Part shown: in pieces, positions 1-11,792 of the stretch | Layout: each line of letters starts with the position of its first letter | How positions within the stretch are numbered: position 1 is the stretch's first letter | Source: Octopus sinensis | Lineage: Eukaryota | Direction of reading: 5' to 3' | Assembly: GCF_006345805.1 (NCBI RefSeq) | Contig: NC_042997.1 | Span: 126,294,001-126,358,000 of the forward strand | DNA length: 64,000 nucleotides | Made by a program: the position numbers and the translations under genes | The notes under the pieces: generated by a model | Databases searched by the model: none | The model's input: the letters and a program-made list of their open reading frames with translations, nothing else | Told to the model about the DNA's origin: nothing

Positions 1-75
1 TGGTAACTAACCAGTATTTTCATTGGATTTATGATCCCTTAAGGAGGTTTATTACCTTTACTTGATATATATATA

Positions 76-224
76 TATAAGGCAAAATAGGAAAATGGAG
101 AGGATATAAAATTGATAAACATCAGCCAGTAAATATTTCATCATATCTATTTATTAAATGATAACAAACATGTGTTAAGTGGTACAAGTAAAGGAATATG
201 AGATTAGCCAATAAATACGTAAAC

Positions 225-286
<62 letters not shown>

Positions 287-667
287 TATATATGAATGAA
301 TTTCCCACATGTTAGTTTCCTACCATTTGTACTCTCTAAAGAAGCCTTGAGGCTCAACCATTACCCAATCTCTGTCCAATGTTTGTTCATCCCTGTACAT
401 CACTGATGTGATGTGGATGACTTGGAAGATTCTGAGGCCTCATGGTAGAAACAGCTGTAAGTGATTTGTTTCTGTACACTCATCTATTACTATTTCCTCA
501 TTTCTCTCTATATATCTGTTTATGTATTTATTGGCTGATCTCATATTCCTTTACTTGTACCACTTAAACACATGTTTGTTATCATTTAATAAATAGATAT
601 GATGTAATGTTTACCAGCTGATGTTCGTCGATTTTATATCCTCTCCATTTTCTTATTTGCCTTATAA
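76..667. repeat. Inverted repeat (arms ~76-235 and ~507-667) around a (TA)n tract and a degenerate hammerhead-like motif
   Basis: TAAGGCAAAATAGGAAAATGGAGAGGATATAAAAT...AAACAGATATATA is the reverse complement of TATATATCTGTTT...ATTTTATATCCTCTCCATTTTCTTATTTGCCTTA. Confidence 0.8.
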
Positions 668-861
668 ATCTTGGGTAAATTTACAATTTACCCCCACCCA
701 TACCTAGTATTCAATTGTAATATTGCCATGCAATAGTAAGCAATTTGTTAAAAATATGTAGGTACACATCCAGTAGTATATTGGATATTTAATATCCCTT
801 AGATGGTTTATTACCTCTAACAACTCATACAGACATATATATATATATGTGTGTGTGTGTG

Positions 862-924
<63 letters not shown>

Positions 925-942
925 ATATATATATATATATAT

Positions 943-1117
943 GGAGTGGACAAGTGGAGGAGGAGATTGGGAGGGTTGGCTTGAGAAGGGAGGATGCTCA
1001 AAAAAGGGCAAGATGGCAAGATGGTGTGAAGGCGGCTGCTATGGCATTGAGGTAGATCTGGCCACCTCCGTTAACAGGAACAAACCCGGATTTAAAATAC
1101 TGGATATTGATGATGAT
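943..1117 (+). mobile_element. RTE-type LINE 3' terminus
   Basis: Encodes QVEEEIGRVGLRREDAQKRARWQDGVK (RTE C-terminal W..V..D...A.DR..W pattern), then a short UTR and (GAT)n tail. Confidence 0.65.
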
Positions 1118-1172
1118 ACATAGATAGTCAATAAAAGATATAGCATAAAAGGAGCACACTCTAAAGAAAAGA

Positions 1173-1314
1173 CAGTTAATATGGTGCAATGATCCAGTGG
1201 TGTTATCACTGTGGTTATCACTACTGGTCATATGGTTGGTGATGTAGCTACTGGTGTTAGTGCGGGCGTGGCCAGTGGTGACATTAGGTGCAGGGCTGGT
1301 CATCCCATCAGTGT
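1173..1314 (-). mobile_element. Partial duplicate of the Penelope-like fragment at ~2040-2180
   Basis: AATATGGTGCAATGATCCAGTGGTGTTATC...GACATTAGGTGCAGG is near-identical at 1178 and 2045. Confidence 0.65.
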
Positions 1315-1599
1315 TTAAGAAATATGTTTTAAAACATGTTTCATATCTTTAGTTGCCTTATTGACCATATGTGTGTGCATGTGCATGTGTGTATATGTAT
1401 CTGTGCCTGGGCAAGCATTTATGTTGGTATTATTATTAAAACAAAAATTTAAATTTTGGACATAGAGTTACCAAAGGTTTCATATCCACAAAGCCAAAGC
1501 CTTGTGGATAGCTTGTCAGACTCAATACAAAGTCAAAATGTTTAAACTTTCTACATTGCGAACATGAGGAAATACTCAGAAATTTAAATTTAAAACTTA

Positions 1600-2230
1600 A
1601 CATATAAAAGCGTTAATGAGGATGGGATGTCTCCCCTGAACCAAAGGATAAAGCAACCATTATAGACCCGAAAAAGCTTAACTAGCAAACGGAGAGATCC
1701 AATTTTCCAGTTGGTAGTGCTTGAAGTGGACACATTTAGAAAAAAACTTCTTTACGACTATTTAATGCGTCAGGTTTGGTAAAATCCTTAAGAATTTTGG
1801 CTCTCTCTGCATGAGGCCCCTTGATCTTTGAGGTGCCACATAATGGCAGGCCAGGGACATGACAAACTATCTTTCTGGGACTCTGAAGGATGACTGGTGG
1901 TTGTGGAAGTGACGTTTGAAAGATGTACTGGCAGATCTGATAAATTTACAAACTTGGGATGTGGCTATATTTACACTCCTGGTATATCTCCGATAGGCTC
2001 TGGACCTGGGGATGCTGTTGATAACACCATTAGTGACACAGTCAATATGGTGCAATGATCCAGTGGTGTTATCGCTATAGTTATCACTACTGGTCATATG
2101 GTTGGTAAAGTAGCTACTGGTGTTAGTGCGGGTGTGGCCAGTGGTGACATTAGGTGCAGGACTGGTTATCCGATCAGTGTCGATGATAATTGTTTGGTCA
2201 TCATCTAAGGGTACATTACAGTGTGTGCTG
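1600..2230 (-). mobile_element. Decayed Penelope-like GIY-YIG endonuclease fragment
   Basis: Minus strand gives SASTSFKRHFHNHQSSFRVPER ... MWHLKD, matching the PLE endonuclease pattern FK.R..nH..SF / L..hiW.LK; stops and frameshifts present. Confidence 0.7.
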
Positions 2231-2675
2231 GATACTTTTAACATGGTACTGATATGAGTGCTTTTACATGGTGCCAGCAGGAGTACTTTTTACATGGCAC
2301 CAGTGCAGGACACTTACAGGCTAATCCTCTTCACCAGGGGGAACAGCTTTAACACTCCTTCTTTAACAAGTCTTTTTGAGTACAGCAAGGCACCAGGTAT
2401 CTCAGTTCTTTGTCATCTCATCTGAAAGGCTCAGCATCATGAGGTCATCCTTCAATACTTCGTCCTATGTCTTGGGTTTCCCTCTTCCATGAGTTTCATT
2501 CATTTTGAGAAATTGGTAGTTCTTTATGGAGCTGTTGGCATCCCTCCGTATTACACAACCAAACCAATACAGTCTTTTCTCTTGCACACCTCATCTAATT
2601 CTTCTTATGCCTAACTTCCTTCTCAATACATTAGCACTCTGTTGAACATGTACATTAACATTACAACATTACACC

Positions 2676-3088
2676 GGCGCAGGAATGACTGTGTGGTAAG
2701 TAGCTTGCTTACCAACCACATGGTTCTGGGTTCAGTCCTACTGCATGGCACCTTGGGCAGGTGTCTTCTACTATAGCCTCGGGCCGACCAAGGCCTTGTG
2801 AGTGGATTAGGCAGACGGAAACTGAAAGAAGCCAGTCGTATATGTATATATATGTATATGTATGAGTGTGTATATGTTTGTGTGTCTGTGTTTGTCCCCC
2901 AACATTGCTTGGCAACTGATGCTGGTGTGTTTACGTCCCCATAACTTAGCGGTTTGGCAAAAAGACACTGATGTAATAAGTACTAGGCTTACAAAGAATA
3001 AGTCCTGGAGTCGATTTGCTCAACTAAAGGCGGTGCTCCAGCATGGTCACAGTCAAATGACTGAAACAAGTAAAAGAGTAAAAGAATA
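2676..3088 (+). mobile_element. tRNA-derived SINE family A, full length, inserted in the RTE LINE
   Basis: A/B-box-like head (TGGTAAGTAGC...GGTTCAGTCC), internal (TA)/(TG) tract, tail GAAACAAGTAAAAGAGTAAAAG; >15 copies in the window. Confidence 0.9.
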
Positions 3089-3556
3089 TCCACTGGAGCA
3101 TACTAGCCTCATTCCTCTCTAGTCTTCGCATGTCTTCTGCATTCAGTACCCACATCTCACTGCCATGTAGAATTGTTGTCCTCATACATGCATCAATTTT
3201 CCTTGCCAACACAGGTAAAAGCTCTCTGAATTTTCTCCATCCTATTCTAATTCTAGCTATTACACTCTGTGTACATCCTCCCCTACTACTAATTTGGTTC
3301 CCTAGGTGGCAAAAATTATCCAACAGGACATTTAAGAAAATCAATTTCCCGAGTGACTGTAGATTTTATGGATCCTGTGCATCTTCCACATATGAACACT
3401 ATTTCTCTGTTAAACTTCCTATTATTCCACTGCAAATTTTGTGAGTGCATGGCTTAGATTGGGTACACCATATGGAATTCCTGCCAACATCTTTCCTACA
3501 AATCAGACAGGGCCACTTACCTGAAGTTGGTGGGGTCTGTCTGTTTTCTTGCTTGA

Positions 3557-3875
3557 CCTGAAAAACCATAACCAGCAAACGGGGAGATCCAATTTTCCAG
3601 CAGGTAGGCTTGAAGTGGACACATTTAGAAAAAAATTAATGTGCCAGGTTTAGTAAAGTCCTTAAGAATTTTGGCTCTCTCCATAATGCAGATTTTGCAA
3701 TGACCAGTCACATTAAATATATGGACCTGGATGATCTATTATTTTCTGATATCCCATGCAGCCCCTTAATCTTTGAGTTGCCACATAATGGCAGGTCAGG
3801 GACATGACAAACTATCTTTCTGGGACTCTGAAGGATGACTGGTGGTTGTGGATGTGACGTTTGAAAGATGTACTT
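3557..3875 (-). mobile_element. Penelope-like GIY-YIG C-terminal fragment nested in the RTE LINE
   Basis: STSFKRHIHNHQSSFRVPER, MWQLKD, CKICIMERAKIL, FFSKCVH on the minus strand; closely similar to 1684-1932. Confidence 0.75.
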
Positions 3876-4321
3876 GCTAAGTTAACAATAAGGTCCTTAA
3901 ATTCCAGGTTTTGCTTCCACATCTGTAATTTCTTTTCTAACTCTGATATATAATCTGTTATGAGAGCAAAATCATCAGCATATAGTAGTTCTCAGGGTCT
4001 GCCAGTTTTTAATTCCTCTGTTATGGCTTAGAGGACAATGATGAAAAGAAGGGTGCTGAGGACTGAGTCTTGATGAATGTTTGGCTGCACACCAAATTCT
4101 TCACTGTACTCGTGGTTAAATCTCACCTTACTGACAGTGTCTCTGTACATGGACTGTACCACTTTCATAAGCCACTTGCCCTCCATTTCACACAACAGGA
4201 TACTCTATCATAGGCTTTCTCTAGATCAATGATTGCCAGGTATAATGGTTTATTCTTAGCTAAGCACTTCTCTTGCAGTTGCCTTACTATGAAAATGGCA
4301 TTAGTACTGCTTCTCCCTGGG

Positions 4322-4708
4322 CAGCACTGATGGTGTGTGCTGGGTTGTAGTGACTAGGTTCTGCATCAGGTATAACCTCGGACTTAGCTCAACAGAAGTG
4401 TAGTGTATTGAGAAGTCGCCATTCGCTGGTAAAGTGGGGCTCACAATCTGGTATTGATTGTCTCCAGTTTTGTCACCGTAAACCCCAAACCCCTTCATGT
4501 AAGCAGTCTGGCAAGCATCTTTTCAGGCACTCTCTGTATTTAGTTCCTTTGCAGAATTACTGTTTGGTTTGATTTCAGAAATAGGGAAAATGTATTGGAC
4601 TAAAATATTAGCTCGTGAACGTTTCTCTTTCACCAGTTTTTCTAGATTGTTCTTTAATATCACATTTTGTTCTTTAATCTTGTTCTTAATGTTACTACAG
4701 AGCTTCAT
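4322..4708 (-). pseudogene. ATG14: Fragment of an ATG14 (Barkor)-like coding sequence; one stop and one frameshift
   Basis: Reads KNNLEKLVKEKRSRANILVQYIFPISEIKP...SA*KDACQTAYMKGFGVYGDKTGDNQYQIVSPTLPANGDFSIHYTSVE, then shifts frame to PDAEPSHYNPAHTISA; collinear with recalled ATG14 motifs IFPI.E.K, T.Y..G.W...D..GD, LP.NGD.S, NPA.TISA. Confidence 0.8.
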
Positions 4709-5154
4709 GCCAAACTGCATTTCATTTAGCCTAATTCTGTTCCTAATTAATTGGGTTATATCTCTCTGTAATTTTCATCCCCTGGTCCAAGAGTTTGATG
4801 CCTCTCTAACTGCTTCTATCTAAGTCATCTCAACTTACCCTTGTAGCAGCAAACAATAATGCTACTACACTAGTCACTGGGTATTATGCCACCATGAAGA
4901 ACCTGATTAGCTGTGTGGGTAACTAACCCATATCCTACCTTACAAGGTATTTTGAGTATCCCAGCAGAGACTCCAGATGGACCAGAGGCTCTCCCGGTTT
5001 TCATATCTTTAGTTGCCTTATTGACCATATTGCTGTCACCTAGGATGGCTGGTCCCTCTGTTGGGTTCATGTGAGGGAGATTCCCCTTATCCTATTCATT
5101 CTCCCTTGCATAATAACTTTTCCATGTCTCTTTCTTGTCTGAATCACTAAGTGC

Positions 5155-5560
5155 AGGTATATGTCCAAATCACTGGGCTTCTTTCAGTTTCTGTCTAACA
5201 AATCTATTCCAAAAGTTTTGATCAACCTGATGGTATAGTAGAAGATTATTGTCCAAGGTGCCAAGCAGTGGAACTGAACCAAGAACCGTCTGATTGAGAA
5301 ACAAACCTTTTATTTCTTTATTGCCCACAAGGGGCTAAATATAGAGGGGACAAACAAGGACGGACAAAGGGATTAAGTCGATTACATTGACCCCAGTGCA
5401 TAACAGGTACTTAATTTATCGACACCGAAAGGAGGAAAGGCAAAGTCGACCTCGGCAGAATTTGAACTCAGAACATAGCAGCAGACGAAATACCGCTAAG
5501 CATTTCGCCCAGCATGCTAATGTTTTTGCCAGCTCGCCACCTCTTACCACACAACCACAT
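5155..5560 (-). mobile_element. SINE family A head with a full SINE family B copy (5312-5541) nested in it
   Basis: Minus strand: GTGGTTGTGTGGTAAG, then family B (GGTGGCGAGCTGGC...AAAGAAATA), then the rest of the A head. Confidence 0.8.
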
Positions 5561-6065
5561 CTGCTATGTTGATTTGTATACTGGAAACTACAATACATCT
5601 TGCAGTTTAAATGGGGGTGTTTAATAGCAAAATCAGGCCCCAGTGGGACTGTTGCTTACTTCTCTCTATAGTTTCTCTCATCAAACATCAGTAATTTGTG
5701 TCATCCTAATGTTATCCTAGATTAATGCACAATATTTTTTGTAGAAGTATTATTGTCAAAAGAAAAAAAGTGTTAATTAGTCTGAGAAAGCACTTCTTCA
5801 GAACAGTTGAATATGGCATCAGTAAAACATAATGGTTTAAATCTCAGGTGTCACCTAGTTTCTGGAACATTCCAGCTGGAAATATAATAGAATAAAAACA
5901 TTTAAGAAATATGTTAAAAAAGATGTTTCTATGAGTGTGTGTGTGTGTGTGTATGTATGTGTGCCTGTGCAAGCATTTATGTCGGTATGTGGTTGTGTGT
6001 ATGAGCATGTGTGTATATGTCTGCATGTGTGCTTGTGTATGCATGTGTATGTGTGCATACATATG

Positions 6066-6096
<31 letters not shown>

Positions 6097-6697
6097 ATCT
6101 AGTAGTTATCAGTTATCTCTCAACAGAACATTACATCTGCTCACGCTGAGTCATCAAATACTTTATGGTATTGTAACATGTGCTCACCGACGCTATTTGA
6201 TTTACTTTAACAACTTAATTCCGAGACATATCCAATGATGATATATGAGGGAATATTTCTTCATCTTTATTTTTATAATATTTTCAAGTCATTTCTTTTC
6301 TTCATTATTCTCTCTGACTCTATCTTTTATATGCGTGTGGGGCTGAGGTGGGCCAGAAGTACAGGATCAGTGAAGTCACACAAATACCTGAAAGAGGTAT
6401 GTGAGCAGAAGGTTGACTCGCATGGGGCTCTTTTGCTTTGTGGCTGTCACTCAGAACAGATGTAGTGGCCACATGAGTTGAAGGAATTTACTGTTAGGTT
6501 CTGGTCTGAAGTTAGCCAAGTGAATCTCCTACGGATATTTCCCAGCTAGAAAAGATCAACGTTACAAGGGGACCTTCGAGGTTAGTGAATTACACTGTTT
6601 TCCCCCCATGCAACAGAGTGTTATCAAATAACTACTTGCGGAAGTATACAGAGTACAGGATATAATTCTATTTAAGCTGTTCCAATTAAAGCAGAGC

Positions 6698-6918
6698 TTT
6701 TACTCTTTTACTTGTTTCAGTCATTTGACTGTGGTCATGCTGGAGCACAGCCTTTAGTCGAACAAATCGACCCCAGGACTTATTCTTTGTAAGCCTAGTA
6801 CTTATTCTATCAGTCTCTTTTGTCGAACCGCTAAGGTATGGGGGACGTAAACACACCAGCATCGGTTGTCAAGAGATGTTGGGGGGACGAGCACAGACAC
6901 ACAAACATATATACACAC

Positions 6919-6949
<31 letters not shown>

Positions 6950-7115
6950 CATATATGCAACAGGCTTCTTTCAGTTTCCATCTACCAAATCCACTCACAA
7001 GGCTTTGGTTGGCCTGAGGCTATAGTAGAAGACACTTACCCAAGGTGCCACACAGTAGGACTGAACCCAGAACCATGTGGTTCATAAGCAAGCTACTTAC
7101 CATGCAGCCACTCCT
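6698..7115 (-). mobile_element. SINE family A, full length
   Basis: Reverse complement of the family A consensus with internal microsatellite. Confidence 0.9.
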
Positions 7116-7171
7116 ATGCTTTTCATGACTATAAGTAGGTTTGCCAAAGATTTTCTGTAATATAAGTGGAG

Positions 7172-7354
7172 TCACTAGTGCAGCCTGGTGAGAGGTGGGG
7201 GGCTTGGGCAGTAGGGGCTTCCACCCTGGGTGGCACTTATAAAGGGGTAGCACTTTTGGTTCTGCTGTAGGCAATATGCGATTTTTTGTGGGGTCCAGGG
7301 GCAGCAAATGGAAGGGCCACCCTGGGTGACACATACTCTCGTTATGCTAGTGAG
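7172..7354. mobile_element. Possible GC-rich MITE
   Basis: GC-rich island in AT-rich context with short inverted ends TCACTAG / CTAGTGA. Confidence 0.3.
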
Positions 7355-7774
7355 TGGTATATGCAAAGTTTGTGAGCTCTTTGTTCATAATTCAGTGTCT
7401 AATGTAGGTAATCTCTTAGCGGGGTCTAGATGGATAGTGAGAAGTCTCCCTAGTCTATACTGAGCAAGACAAGAGTAAGTATTCTTTTCTAAGGGTCATA
7501 GAGAGGAATAGAACAAGTTAATTAATGAAAGAAAAGGAGAAGAAAACAGTTGCTGAAAAGAAGAAAGCCAACAGAATGGAAAGATCCACCAAGGCAAAAG
7601 TGATTTTTATACTATCATGGATAAAATTTGCTCTCTGTTGTACAGCACAGAGAAAGTGTTCTTCATATTTCACCAGGGGAACATAATTGAAACACATAAA
7701 AAGAAAGAATATGAAGGAGGAAAGAAGATGATTTGAAAATATTCTAAAAATTAATATCATCACCCCCCCCCCCA

Positions 7775-8000
7775 TCATCATCATCAATATTCATCATAAT
7801 TTAATGTCTGTTTTCCATGCTGGCATGGGTTAGTGATGGTATGATAAAAACTGTTGAGGCCAGGAGCCACAACTAGTTTCCGTAGTCTGTTCGGCATGGT
7901 TTCTACAGCTAGATGCTCTTCCTAATGCCAACCACTATACTGTTGCTTTTTAGGTGCTTTTACAGGTGCCTTTTTTTAGGTGCTTTTTATAGGTGCTTCC
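7775..8000 (-). mobile_element. Degenerate repeat family C (RTE-type tail with (GAT)n end)
   Basis: TTTCCATGCTGGCATGGGTT ... GATGCTCTTCCTAATGCCAACCA hallmarks. Confidence 0.7.
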
Positions 8001-8172
8001 TTTAGGTTCTTTTTATAGGTGCACCACTGTTTTTTTTTAGGAAGCACCAGCACTGGTGCTTTTTACATGACAGCAGCACTGATGAAATATTTTGTCATAT
8101 CATCAAATATTTATATTTCGTTTTTGGATTTGGTTTACAAGATTCTTTATATGAGTTTGTGTGTTGAAGCAT

Positions 8173-8427
8173 ATTCTGTTGTGTATGGGGAGAGTCATTT
8201 TCTTTTTGTGCCTTATAATGTAACACTCTCACAGGTAAAATTTCCACTTATTTCTTATTTTTATTTTCCTAAAATTTTCGTTGCGTCTTGCAACCTTTTC
8301 AAGAGTCAAGACTATTGACTCTTGAAAATTTTAGGAAAATAAAAATAAGAAATAAGTGGAAATTTTACCGGTGAGTGTGTTACATTATAAGGCACAAAAA
8401 GAAAATGACTCTCCCCAGACACAACAT
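8173..8427. repeat. Fold-back inverted repeat with 5-nt loop
   Basis: Arms 8173-8309 and 8315-8427 are reverse complements around loop GACTA; the right arm lacks a 21-nt internal segment. Confidence 0.9.
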
Positions 8428-9406
8428 CAAATATTTAGGAATAGAGTAATTAGAGTTCAGTGTGAACAACTGATTTAATAATAAAATTAATGTTTATTTA
8501 TACTTATCAAGAGTATGGTACTATTGTAAAATTAAAAATCAGTGATATTTGTCCAATTTCTATATCACTCTACACCATAAAAAAATCTGGAAATGTCACC
8601 TATGGTTCCACAGCTCTATCCTTTGTCTGTTTGAAAAGTATGTTGCTTTAACTGTTTAAAGAATATGCTGCTAAATTAATCGTATGGTTTTGTAAAACTT
8701 GCTTTAAGGCTTGCACTGACTGTATGTGAAATTATGGTTCTGATGCTGTAGTTATCTGAAGGAGGTTAGGGTCAGCAGTAAAGGTAGTAGTGAGAGGGTT
8801 ACCCAGAATAGACTTAGTAAGAAAGGAGTTTTACAGGCTTTGTCTGGAGAAATATTCTTTACTAAGGTTATGGATTGGAATAGGCTGAGTTTGTTAACAA
8901 AGAAAAGAAAACGGAAACAAAAGAGGGAAAAGAAAAGCAATAAAAAGTAAAGACACACACACACACACATACATATAGACACACACACACATACACCCAA
9001 ACAGTGAGAATGCCATTGTAAATGAAAGAATAGTGATATGACATTTGTCAGAATAGAAGTTGAATGAATGACAGGATGAAAGAATGACAGAATGAAAGAT
9101 AAAGAGAGGGATGAAGAAAGAGTATGAGGGAAAGAGACCAGGTAGCAAGAAGTCTGTATAAACTGCCATGAGGTTTGTATAAACTTATCAATAACTGATT
9201 TTTCAACGGATACAGTCATATTGTGTCTGTAATCAGGTTGTAGAAATGGAACAAAACTTTTTTGACAATTCATAAAACAAGAGAAGACATGCATACATCA
9301 TGAGTGAATATGCAAAATGAAGATCGTAATTTTGCTCCTAGACTGCAACTTAGTGGCCCTGGTTTGTTTGATTTATTATTATTTTACAGAGATAAGATGT
9401 TTACCC

Positions 9407-9639
9407 TTTTACTCTTTTACTGGTTTCAGTCATTTGACTGTGGCCATGCTGGAGCACCACCTTTTAGTTGAGCAAATCGACCCCAGGACTTATTCCTTGT
9501 AAGCCTAGTACTTATTCTATCAGTCTCTTTTGCCGAACCGCTAAGTTACGGGGGACATAAATACACCAGCATCGGTTGTCAAGTGATGTTGGGAGGACAA
9601 ACATAGACACACAAACATATACACACACACACACATACA

Positions 9640-9682
<43 letters not shown>

Positions 9683-9819
9683 GACGGACTTCTTTCAGTT
9701 TCCATCTACCAAATCCACTCACAAGGCTTTGGTCGGCCCGAGGCAATAGTAGAAGACACTGAACACGGAACCATTTGGTTGGTAAGCAAGCTACTTACCA
9801 CACAGCCACTCCCATGCCT
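9407..9819 (-). mobile_element. SINE family A, full length
   Basis: Family A consensus, reverse strand. Confidence 0.9.
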
Positions 9820-9982
9820 GTTTATTTAACATTTTCACTCATGTTTTATGAATTCTTCCACTTGTAAATTGATTTGCTGTTTATAAGTTCTGTCAATCTT
9901 GTCAAATAAGTGTGAATATATATATATATATATATAAATATAATAGAAATACGTTACAAAAAGAAAATAGAAACTACACGTG

Positions 9983-10413
9983 GAAACTCCAACGTCTGGC
10001 AGCTGACTTGGCAAACACCCATGAAATTATTAACCATCTTTCAAACAATAACTCTGAGCACCTTTTCAAACTCCACCTGTCTAACACCCATGGACATGTT
10101 TACAAAGTCAGAAAACAGCACAGCTTCCATGACTTTTGGAAACATTTTTTCATGCTAAGAGTTGCTGAAGTATGGAACAAACTGCCGGCATCAGTTGTTA
10201 GTTGTCGGAGCACTGCATCCTTCAAAACTTCCATGCTTCCTGAGATTCACCAACACTACACCTGATTTTTCTCCTCTCCATACACACGCAAGCATGTACC
10301 TGACTCATACACTGTTCATTTCCCAGACATTTGTACATTACTGCATATGCTTTATACGCACTTTTGACAAGTTGTGGTGCACCTGAGCACTGTTTCCAAT
10401 AATTTCATTATTA

Positions 10414-10449
<36 letters not shown>

Positions 10450-10470
10450 TATTATTATTATTATTATTAT
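9983..10470 (+). mobile_element. CR1-like LINE 3' end with (TTA)n tail
   Basis: RLAADLA..HEII...NTHGHVYKVRKQHS..DFWKHFFMLRVAEVWNKLP; near-identical to 23537-23966. Confidence 0.85.
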
Positions 10471-11792
10471 AAAGCAAGAAGAAAAATAAATGAATATGCA
10501 CATTGGAAGTAAAAAAAGTAAAGGCTTTTTCTGAAAAGTAACAATAGATATATATAATTATATGAACTGAGGTAGGAATAAAAGTAATAAAAGTCGTTAT
10601 TGTGAATTGTTAAAGAGATTTAAAAGCATACCGGTATCGTAAAATTATTAATCATTGCTTTGAATGCACACCGATTACTGAATGGTGTACACTATTAAAC
10701 ACAAGAGAAACTGCCTTCAACAAACAGTTTTACATGCTAGAAGTAGTCAAAACGACCAAAACCACATTTAAGAGCAATTTTCAAAAGGAATGAATAATAA
10801 AAACTTTTACCTTGTTATTTTATTCCAGTCAGACCTAGGTTTAAACATCTTTTTAGCAAATAAAATAATTTGCTAGGCGAATTCCTCATCAGTGACCATG
10901 CCATAACACTAACATATAATTAAGAGATGAATAACACGTGTCTCATTATTATACATTATAATTTTTCAACTTCACTGCACAAGTGCAGTTTCAGTTGGAA
11001 GTAAATGAATATATGCCGAACAAAGATATAGAATTTAATTATGAAAACTTAGTAACTTCTAAGCTGGAGTGAGACAGCATATTCTTTGTCTATCTCCTTC
11101 ACTTCTTGGAAATTTTAGGTATGATTATACTAATGTGTCCATCTGTTCTAATTTAATTAAATTCTATGTCTTTGTGCAGCTGAAGATTGCTCTGCATTTT
11201 GAATTGCTGTAATGATTGCATTGTTCAATTAAATGGAGTTGCATGAAATGATCGTGCTGCATTACCTCTGGATATTCTTGTTGCTTATTTTGATTTTAGA
11301 TATAGATATAGATAGATAGAAAGCAATACTAAAACAAAATGATTAAAAGCAAAGGACAATAATTAGATGTGGGATACCTCTCATCAGGCAGAAGATCTAG
11401 AGTCAGCACAATTTTAGTGAGTCTAAAGTCTGCAGTCTTAACACCATGGCACTACTTATCTGGATGCACTAGTGATTGTAAACATCATTGAGTGAACATT
11501 ACAAAAAAGGGATTTTAGAACATGGAGGAGAACAATATATATGTGAGATGGAAAATTAAGGATAAACTGGCACATGTGATATAATTCAATATAAAAGAAG
11601 AGTTGTCTTTCAACAGGAAAGAGAAAACACAAGCAAATAAACAAAGAATTCTGTCATAAAAGAAGGTATAAAGATATCACCTTTGTTAGAATAGAAGTTC
11701 AATGGAAAAAAAGCATGAAAGCAGGACAGAAAAGTATGTGTGTGTGTGCATGTGTAATTGTATGTGTGCGTGGATGTATGTAAGTTCTCTCT

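Larger units (their letters stand above)
2330..5135 (-). mobile_element. Decayed RTE-clade LINE (RT and C-terminus), interrupted by three insertions
   Basis: Minus strand: KTGRASGPSGV, RGIKLLDQGMKITER, IRNRIRLNEMQFG / VPGRS..AIFIVRQLQEK, GKWPCLICRKDVGRNSI, FCHLG..SSRGGC...ARIRIGWRKFRELLP, GSEMW. Confidence 0.85.

Noticed and set aside
122-1055. IY/YI, CV and HT dipeptide ORFs here and throughout (e.g. 33267-34317, 45292-45651, 46919-47257)
   Set aside because: Translations of (TA)n, (TG)n and (CA)n microsatellites, which lack stops in some frames.
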